From the NCBI GenBank assembly GCA_022615965.1, contig JAKEGG010000007.1, forward strand, positions 28,067 to 92,066: a stretch of 64,000 nt of DNA, read 5' to 3'. The DNA comes from Fusobacteriota bacterium (GTDB lineage Bacteria; Bacillota; TC1). The notes under the pieces are model-generated. The model was not told the origin of the DNA. It saw only the letters and a program-made list of their open reading frames with translations, and ran no database searches. Shown in pieces: positions 57,627-64,000 of this stretch. How positions within the stretch are numbered: the first letter of the stretch is position 1; each line of letters starts with the position of its first letter. A program made the position numbers and the translations under genes.

Positions 57627-58067
57627 CTATTCCTCTTCTTCATCTATTTCATCTTCATGAATGTCTTCTTTTGGAGGCTTTAATCCTTTAATGTCTAAAT
57701 TATTTTTTTTGGCATAGTCCCATAAAGCTGCATTTATAGCTTCTTCAGCCAATAAGGAACAGTGAACCTTATTAGCTGGCAAACCATCTAATGCCTCAGC
57801 GACAGCCTTGTTAGTGATTTTCAAGGCTTCCTCAACTGTTTTACCGATTACAAGTTCGGTTGCCATACTGCTAGTGGCAATTGCCGCTCCACATCCAAAA
57901 GTTTTGAACTTTACATCTTGTATTATACCATTTTCATCGATTTTAAGAAACATTCTCATAATATCTCCACATTTGGCATTACCAACTGTGCCTACTCCAG
58001 AAGCATCTTCAATTTCTCCCATATTTCTTGGATTCATAAAATAATCCATAACTTTTTGTGAATACAT
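57627..58067 (-). CDS. nifU: Fe-S cluster assembly scaffold (NifU/IscU type)
   Basis: 146 aa. GNAKCGD, FKTFGCGAAIA and HCS motifs. Confidence 0.93.
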   Translation of the reverse strand: MYSQKVMDYFMNPRNMGEIEDASGVGTVGNAKCGDIMRMFLKIDENGIIQDVKFKTFGCGAAIATSSMATELVIGKTVEEALKITNKAVAEALDGLPANKVHCSLLAEEAINAALWDYAKKNNLDIKGLKPPKEDIHEDEIDEEEE

Positions 58068-58069
58068 AA

Positions 58070-59263
58070 TTACACCTCTTTATTTTTTATAAAGTCTTCA
58101 TATAATGGAGACATTATTCTTAAATTTTCAATGATACCAGGAAGCTTAGCTAATAAATAATCTATTTCTTCCTTTGTTGAATACTGACTTAAAGACACTC
58201 TTAAAGAACCATGGGCTATTTCATGGGGCAACCCAATCGCTAGTAGTACATGTGATGGATCAAGTGAACCTGAGGTACAGGCAGAACCACTTGAAGTACA
58301 AATTCCATACATATCCAAGGCTAATAACATTGATTCTCCTTCAATAAACCTAAAACTAAAGTTGGCATTACCTGGAATTCTTTTATTTCTAGAACCATTA
58401 AGTCTTACATGAGGTACTCTCTTTAATACTTCATCTATCAAATATTCTCTTAGCTCTAAGATTTGTTTTTCCTTTTCATCGAAATTAGTTAAAGTAATTT
58501 CTAAAGCCTTAGCTAACCCAATTATACCTGCAACATTTTCAGTACCAGGACGTTTTTTACGTTCTTGTCCTCCACCATGAAGTAGATTATCAATAATCAA
58601 ACCTTTACGAATATATAAGGCTCCAACACCTTTAGGTCCATGAATCTTATGAGCTGATAAAGATAACAAGTCTACACCAAGTTCTTTAATATCAACTTTT
58701 TGTTTACCAACTAATTGAACTCCATCAGTATGAACTATTATGTCTCTATTTTTGCTTTTTGCATAATCTACAATCTCTTTGATTGGCTGAATTGTTCCAA
58801 TCTCATTGTTGACAGCCATAACACTTATAAATATCGTATTATCCTTGATAGATTCTTTCAGATATTTCAAATCAACTAAACCATCTTCATCAACTGGAAC
58901 ATAGGTCACTTCAAAACCTTCCTTTGCCAAATTTTCAAAGGGATGAAGAACTGCATGATGTTCGATTTGAGTAGTAATAATATGATTACCTTTTTCTTTT
59001 AATCTTCTTACTGAACCATAAACGGCCCAATTATTGGCTTCAGTAGCGCCACTAGTAAAATAAATCTCTCTAGAATTAACACCTAGCAAATTTGCTATTT
59101 TATCTCGTGCCTCATCGATGCTATTTCTTACCTTATTACCAAAATCATAAACACTGGAAGGATTGCCATAATGTTCTTCATAATATGGCAGCATTTCTTC
59201 TATAACTTCTTTATGTAATTTAGTTGTTGCAGCATTATCGAAATAAACTATTTTTTCTTTCAT
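58070..59263 (-). CDS. nifS: Cysteine desulfurase NifS/IscS
   Basis: 397 aa. SAHKIHGPKG (PLP Lys) and SSGSACTS active-site loop. Confidence 0.95.
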   Translation of the reverse strand: MKEKIVYFDNAATTKLHKEVIEEMLPYYEEHYGNPSSVYDFGNKVRNSIDEARDKIANLLGVNSREIYFTSGATEANNWAVYGSVRRLKEKGNHIITTQIEHHAVLHPFENLAKEGFEVTYVPVDEDGLVDLKYLKESIKDNTIFISVMAVNNEIGTIQPIKEIVDYAKSKNRDIIVHTDGVQLVGKQKVDIKELGVDLLSLSAHKIHGPKGVGALYIRKGLIIDNLLHGGGQERKKRPGTENVAGIIGLAKALEITLTNFDEKEKQILELREYLIDEVLKRVPHVRLNGSRNKRIPGNANFSFRFIEGESMLLALDMYGICTSSGSACTSGSLDPSHVLLAIGLPHEIAHGSLRVSLSQYSTKEEIDYLLAKLPGIIENLRIMSPLYEDFIKNKEV

Positions 59264-59274
59264 TAATATTCTCC

Positions 59275-59709
59275 TTATCCAAGATAATATGAGCTTAGGA
59301 TATCTTCAACTGTCATATTTTCAATAGTTTCCTTGATTTTTTCATTGATTTTATCACAAACAATATTTGATATACAGCTACTTGATTTTTCACAGCTATT
59401 ACCTACTATATCTTTACCTCCACAGCCACAAACATCAAAAGGCCCCTCAAGTAAATATAAAACTTCAGAAATCTTTATTTCCTTTGGACTTTTCGCTAAA
59501 CAATATCCTCCTAAAGAACCTCTTTGGGTTTTAACTAGATCGCCTTTTTTTAATTTAGCTACTATTCTTTCTAAATATGCTTCTGATATATTTCTTTTCT
59601 TTGCTATGGTTTTCAAAACTACATAGTTTTCTTCATTAGCATCCTTGTAAGCTAGGGCTAAGTCAGCTATTGCTATCAAACCATATTTTCCTTTTGTGGA
59701 AAGTTTCAT
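59275..59709 (-). CDS. iscR: Rrf2-family transcriptional regulator (IscR-like)
   Basis: 144 aa. An Rrf2 wHTH and a Cys-rich C-terminal half (CGCGGK..C..SSC). First gene of the nifS-nifU operon. Confidence 0.88.
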   Translation of the reverse strand: MKLSTKGKYGLIAIADLALAYKDANEENYVVLKTIAKKRNISEAYLERIVAKLKKGDLVKTQRGSLGGYCLAKSPKEIKISEVLYLLEGPFDVCGCGGKDIVGNSCEKSSSCISNIVCDKINEKIKETIENMTVEDILSSYYLG

Positions 59710-59742
59710 TTTTTTATTCCAATCAATTTAGTAGGTTTTCTG

Positions 59743-59776
59743 TGATAATATTATCATTCTTAAATTATAATGTCAA
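59743..59776 (-). promoter_or_regulatory. iscR promoter with overlapping 14-bp perfect palindrome
   Basis: Minus strand reads TTGACA, a 17 nt spacer, then TAATAT. The palindrome TGATAATATTATCA (59743..59756) covers the -10 element. Confidence 0.55.
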
Positions 59777-59840
59777 CAAATTTAGTTGGTATTGTTTATC
59801 ACTTATTATTGTGCTATAAAAATACTAGAGGTGTATTAAA

Positions 59841-60455
59841 ATGAAACCAGAAGAGCATGGTATAAATTATGGGCTTTTTTTATTAGGTTGTCTTATTTCA
59901 CATAAAACCAAAAATGGTATTGTCAGTGGTATAATTTCAGAAGTTGAAGCTTATCTTGGACCTGAAGATAAAGCCAGTCATGGTTATAATAATAGGTATA
60001 CAAAGAGAACAGAAGCAATGTATAAAAAGCAAGGCACAATATATATCTATAGGATATATGGTAAGTATTACTGCTTGAATATTGTAGCTGATCCTATAAC
60101 CTATCCTTCAGCACTTCTGATTAGAAGCGTGACTTTCTTGCCTGAATATCTTGATAATGCAGCTCTTAACCGCTATCAAAAAAATTTTTCTGCTTTGACA
60201 TCATACCAAAAGAAAAACCTTGCCAATGGTCCTGGCAAGGTAACGATAGCTTTGGGTATTCCTCAAGAATATAATCTTATGGAAATAAATATTAATACAT
60301 TTATGATAAAGAAGGAGTATTCTGTTCCTGAATCAAAGATCTATAAGCTGCCAAGAATTAATATTCCTTATGCACAAGACTATGTTTCTAAGCCTTGGAG
60401 ATTTAAAATTGATCCAGACTATCTATCAAAGTTAATAGTGGATAATCATAAATAG
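59841..60455 (+). CDS. mpg: DNA-3-methyladenine glycosylase (Mpg/AAG family)
   Basis: 204 aa. EVEAYLGPEDKASHGY and GKYYCLNIV match the purine DNA glycosylase family. Confidence 0.88.
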   Translation: MKPEEHGINYGLFLLGCLISHKTKNGIVSGIISEVEAYLGPEDKASHGYNNRYTKRTEAMYKKQGTIYIYRIYGKYYCLNIVADPITYPSALLIRSVTFLPEYLDNAALNRYQKNFSALTSYQKKNLANGPGKVTIALGIPQEYNLMEININTFMIKKEYSVPESKIYKLPRINIPYAQDYVSKPWRFKIDPDYLSKLIVDNHK

Positions 60456-62055
60456 ACCTTTTTATAGTGTAGTCGATCATGTATTTATTTGCTTTACCAT
60501 TCTCATTTATTTCATAATCAACTCCATTTTGTATAACAATAAACGGTAATTCAATGACTTTATATTTGTTTATATTATCTGTTTTACCAATATAATTCTT
60601 GATATCCACATATAATTCATCTGTGAAAATTTTTGGTCTCTTTTTATCTTTAAGGTTCAAATACCAATCCAGCTTTAAGACAGCTAAAAAATGCTCATCA
60701 CTATATATAATTAAATTAGTATTAAAATATTCAAGAGTTACCTGATATAAAAAATCAAACTTATCTGAAATCGATAAAAAATCCTTTCTAAAAAAAATTT
60801 TCTGACCAATATATTGAAAAAACTCAAAAAAATCTATTCGTAATTTATCAAAATAGTTAAAGGTTTGTCGAAAGACAGAATTATTATAGAAGGTATCCAC
60901 TCCAGTTTCTACATACTTTATTTTTAGTAATTCCAAAGTACTTATCCATTTTGTAGCAATAACCTCATATGGTGGATTACTTTGATACTTTATCTCCAAT
61001 TTTTCTGCATCTTCATACATTCTGGTATTAGGAATAACTTTTAAAAAGCCAACCTGAAGCATATGTGCTTTAATACTATAAACTTCATTAAATGATTTTT
61101 TGAAAGAATTATAATCCTCAAAAGGCAATCCAGCTATTAAATCAGTATGTATGTGGATATTTCCTTTAGCTATTATTCTTTGGCAATTTTCTGCTATTTT
61201 CTCAAAATCATTATATCTGCCTATAGCTCTTAAGGTTTTCAAATTAGTAGTTTGAATACCAACTTCCAATTGAAATAACTTATCCTGACAATTTTCTAGC
61301 ATGCTAAGAAGCTTTATATTCATTTTATCTATACTGGCTTCTATATGAAAATTACAATTGTAATCGCCAAGTTTTTTCAGATTTTCAACAATATTGATCG
61401 CCCATTCAGGATTGGCATTAAAGGTTCTATCAATAAATTTTACTTGTCTTACGCCTGCTTCAACAAGTATTTTGATCTCTTCGTAAATCTTGTCTGGATT
61501 TTTTAATCTTAATTTATTATCACTACCGGATAAACAATATGAACATTGAAAAGGACAACCTCTGCTACCTTCATAATAAATGATCTTATTATTTAGTTCA
61601 TCTAAAAAGTCCTGATAAACAAAGGGGAGCTGATTTAAGTCAAGATACTCATCTTTGGTCTTCAGAATTCTTTCCTTATTAATAAAATTGCTATTGATTA
61701 GCTTTTTAAATGGAATTTCACCTTCACCTATAATCAAATAGTCAATATTAGAATTTTTTTGGTAAGTATCATTTATTTCTGGTCCTCCCAGAACTATTTT
61801 TATTTCCGGATTTAATTTTTTCAAACTATTAATGAGATTTAAGACTAGCTCCTTATTCCATAAATATACATTAAAGGCAATAACCTCAAAGGAATTAGAA
61901 TAAATGCTATAGAATATTTTATCAAAAGGCTCATTGATAGAAAATTCCATCAAGCTATATTTATTGCTATCCTCTTTTACATAGCTATACAAGGAATAAA
62001 TAGCTAGGTTTTTATGGATATATCGGCTATTAATACCTATAAGAGCTATTTTCAT
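60403..62055 (-). CDS. B12-binding-domain radical SAM protein (DUF4080-type C-terminus)
   Basis: 550 aa. N-terminal B12-like Rossmann domain, a GCPFQCSYC cluster motif, and a long uncharacterised C-terminal domain. Confidence 0.75.
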   Translation of the reverse strand: MKIALIGINSRYIHKNLAIYSLYSYVKEDSNKYSLMEFSINEPFDKIFYSIYSNSFEVIAFNVYLWNKELVLNLINSLKKLNPEIKIVLGGPEINDTYQKNSNIDYLIIGEGEIPFKKLINSNFINKERILKTKDEYLDLNQLPFVYQDFLDELNNKIIYYEGSRGCPFQCSYCLSGSDNKLRLKNPDKIYEEIKILVEAGVRQVKFIDRTFNANPEWAINIVENLKKLGDYNCNFHIEASIDKMNIKLLSMLENCQDKLFQLEVGIQTTNLKTLRAIGRYNDFEKIAENCQRIIAKGNIHIHTDLIAGLPFEDYNSFKKSFNEVYSIKAHMLQVGFLKVIPNTRMYEDAEKLEIKYQSNPPYEVIATKWISTLELLKIKYVETGVDTFYNNSVFRQTFNYFDKLRIDFFEFFQYIGQKIFFRKDFLSISDKFDFLYQVTLEYFNTNLIIYSDEHFLAVLKLDWYLNLKDKKRPKIFTDELYVDIKNYIGKTDNINKYKVIELPFIVIQNGVDYEINENGKANKYMIDYTIKRSIYDYPLLTLIDSLDQF

Positions 62056-63064
62056 CTATACTAACCTTATACCCTCTCGGCAGGAAAACTTCCTTGAATT
62101 TTTTAATTGCATAACTATCAGTCATACCTGAAACATAGTCTGTAACCTTGATAATCAAACTATCCTTTCTTACTGAAAATTCATCTGGTAATTCTGATTC
62201 ATTTTCAAGATAATATTCAAACAATTCAGTTAATAACCTTTCTACTTTAATCTCTTCAACTTTAGCCTTAGAATCAACATAGACATTTTCAAACATGAAT
62301 TTTCTCAATCTATGCATAGCTTCTAAAACTTCATCATCTATTGTAACAAAACCCTTTTCTTTACTATTATATATTATTGATTCCACCATCTTATTTATTC
62401 TTTGACTATGACTATCACCTAAAATCTTGATTGAAGTAGCAGGTAAATCAGTATTTTTGATTATTCCACCTCTAACTGCATCATCTATATCATGATTTAA
62501 GTAGGCAATTCTATCACTTAATCTAACAATTAAACCTTCTTGTGTCATAGGCTCTTCAAAGCTCCAGCTATGCCCTAAGATACCATTTTTAACTTCAAAT
62601 GTTAAATTTAAACCTTGACCATTTCTTTCAAGTTTTTCAACAACTCTTACACTTTGCACATTATGGGAAAATTTCAAGCCAGCTTTATTTAGTATTTCAT
62701 CTATGACTTTTTCCCCACTATGTCCAAATGGAGTATGTCCTAGATCATGACCTAATGAGATGGCCTCTGTTAAGTCTTCATTCATTCTTAAAGACCTGGC
62801 TATGGTTCTCGCTATAGCCGATACTTCTAAAGTATGAGTAAGTCTGGTTCTGTAATGATCTCCAGGAGAGATAAACACCTGGGTTTTATGCATCAATCTT
62901 CTAAATGCCTTGGAATGAATTATCCTATCTCTATCTCTTTGGTATTCAGTTCTGATATTGCATTTATCTTCGTCATCAACTCTTCCTTTCGAATTCTTAC
63001 TTAAGGAAGCATTAAGAGCCAGATTTTTTTCTTCAAATTTTTCCCATTCTTCTCTAATTGTCAT
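62030..63064 (-). CDS. dGTP triphosphohydrolase-like HD-domain protein
   Basis: 344 aa. RLTHTLEV, HDLGHTPFGH and DRIAYLNHDIDD motifs. Confidence 0.88.
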   Translation of the reverse strand: MTIREEWEKFEEKNLALNASLSKNSKGRVDDEDKCNIRTEYQRDRDRIIHSKAFRRLMHKTQVFISPGDHYRTRLTHTLEVSAIARTIARSLRMNEDLTEAISLGHDLGHTPFGHSGEKVIDEILNKAGLKFSHNVQSVRVVEKLERNGQGLNLTFEVKNGILGHSWSFEEPMTQEGLIVRLSDRIAYLNHDIDDAVRGGIIKNTDLPATSIKILGDSHSQRINKMVESIIYNSKEKGFVTIDDEVLEAMHRLRKFMFENVYVDSKAKVEEIKVERLLTELFEYYLENESELPDEFSVRKDSLIIKVTDYVSGMTDSYAIKKFKEVFLPRGYKVSIDENSSYRY

Positions 63065-63072
63065 TGTTCCTC

Positions 63073-64000
63073 CTAAAAATAAACCACAGTAGCACCAATG
63101 CTGCCCTCACTTGCATCTCCATATCTAAATGATGTTACATAGGGCAAGGTTTTAAGATATTCCCAAATACCCTTTTTTAAAACACCTGTTCCTATTCCAT
63201 GTATGATCCTGATACTTGGGTATCTACATAATATCGCCTGATCAAGATATCTTTCCAGATAATATAAAGCATCATCTAGATATTTCCCCCTTAAATCGAT
63301 TGCCAGAGGAACTCTTTTATTACTTATTACCTTCGCAATAGAAATCTCTTCATTATATTTTATCTTAGCTATATATTCCATATTATCATAATCAATATTG
63401 ATCTTTATTCCTTCAATATTGATTAAAGCTTTCTTTTTTTTATTATCAGCAGCAATTACTTCTCCTTCTTTAGCTAAGGATATCACTTTTACCTTATCAC
63501 CTTTAGTTAATGTACTTACTTTTTCCACCTGTCCTATTTGAAAAACTGGTTGATGTGCTTTGTTATCTGACTCTAATTGTTTTATTTTTTGGCGAATAAT
63601 ATTCGTAGCTTCTGGATTAAATGATTTTTGCTCTTTTAATTCCTTAATTATTTCTTCAGCATCTTTCCTTAGATCCTGTAATAGTTCCTGGGATTTTTCA
63701 ATATTTGACTTGATCTTCTTTTCACCCTCATTATTTAATTTATTCAGTTTGTTTTGTAATTCTCTTTTTAATTCTTGTATAACTTCATTTTCTCTAGCTA
63801 TAGTTTTACGATTTTCTTCAATTTCACCTCTGATACCTTCTAATTCTTCAATTAATCCAGCTACCTGAAGTTCTTCCTGACTAAGCTTGCTTTTTGCTTC
63901 TTCAATTATTTCAGCTTTGATACCACATCTCTTTGCAACCTCAATGCCAAGACTAGCACCAGGTGTGCCGATATTTAAAATATAAGTTGGTTCTAAGGTA
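63073..64000 (-). CDS. mutS2: Endonuclease MutS2, C-terminal part (5' end beyond the window)
   Basis: The frame is open from 64000 down to the stop at 63073. It reads ..PTYILNIGTPGASLGIEVAKRCGI.., then a coiled coil, then an Smr domain (IDLRGKYLDDAL..IIHGIGTGVLK). The track shows only the last 151 aa, from an internal GTG. Confidence 0.9.
   Translation of the reverse strand, partial: TLEPTYILNIGTPGASLGIEVAKRCGIKAEIIEEAKSKLSQEELQVAGLIEELEGIRGEIEENRKTIARENEVIQELKRELQNKLNKLNNEGEKKIKSNIEKSQELLQDLRKDAEEIIKELKEQKSFNPEATNIIRQKIKQLESDNKAHQPVFQIGQVEKVSTLTKGDKVKVISLAKEGEVIAADNKKKKALINIEGIKINIDYDNMEYIAKIKYNEEISIAKVISNKRVPLAIDLRGKYLDDALYYLERYLDQAILCRYPSIRIIHGIGTGVLKKGIWEYLKTLPYVTSFRYGDASEGSIGATVVYF

Noticed and set aside
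1-64000. CRISPR arrays, IS elements or transposases, rRNA operons, and prophage modules.
   Set aside because: I saw no regularly spaced direct repeats, no transposase- or integrase-like ORFs other than xerD, and no rRNA-like sequence. The coding density leaves no unexplained gaps other than those described.

Overview
AT-rich, Firmicute-type chromosomal window. Gene order and protein families resemble anaerobic Clostridia/Halanaerobiales-like genomes, but that is inference only. It holds about 70 tightly packed protein genes, roughly 90% on the minus strand, almost all core housekeeping. In transcription order along the minus strand (high to low coordinate): mutS2' (partial), dgt-like HD hydrolase, B12/radical-SAM protein, iscR-nifS-nifU, dnaG-rpoD, LemA-DUF2207, a Cys-desulfurase-like gene, DUF554, the priA-def-fmt-Zn peptidase-rlmN-prpC-prkC-rsgA-rpe block, FMN riboswitch-ribU, rsmD, ackA, rpmF, a ~540 nt structured non-coding region, a membrane protein, dxs-tlyA, asparaginase, ferredoxin, nadK-mnmM-argR-recN, corA, ftsK, selU, rodZ-like, pgsA, lysA, trpS, scpAB, xerD, punA-pdp, der-gpsA-hom-lysC, galU, purH, a two-gene ATPase/nuclease-like cassette, and ylxM-ffh-rpsP-KH-rimM' (partial). 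The plus strand carries only a GS-like gene plus a 55-aa ferredoxin, tRNA-Trp, deoC, a DUF3343 gene and mpg. I saw no CRISPR array, rRNA, transposase or phage-type module. The ORF track uses alternative start codons and sometimes over-extends N-termini, so I corrected several starts from RBS evidence. Stand-outs: (1) A translationally coupled ABC/AAA_15-type ATPase plus PD-(D/E)xK-motif protein sits between purH and a consensus ylxM-ffh promoter (2316..3834). It is the only accessory-looking locus and the best candidate for an uncharacterised defence/toxin system. (2) The non-coding region at 35303..35845, directly upstream of a small membrane protein and dxs-tlyA, fits the known OLE RNA/oapA locus. 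The oapA-like gene appears to need an AUU start. (3) Smaller items: a four-Cys (Fe-S type) TrpRS, scattered selenium-trait genes (selU; Cys-desulfurase-like plus DUF3343), a corA leader ORF, and a Fur-box-like palindrome on the iscR promoter.
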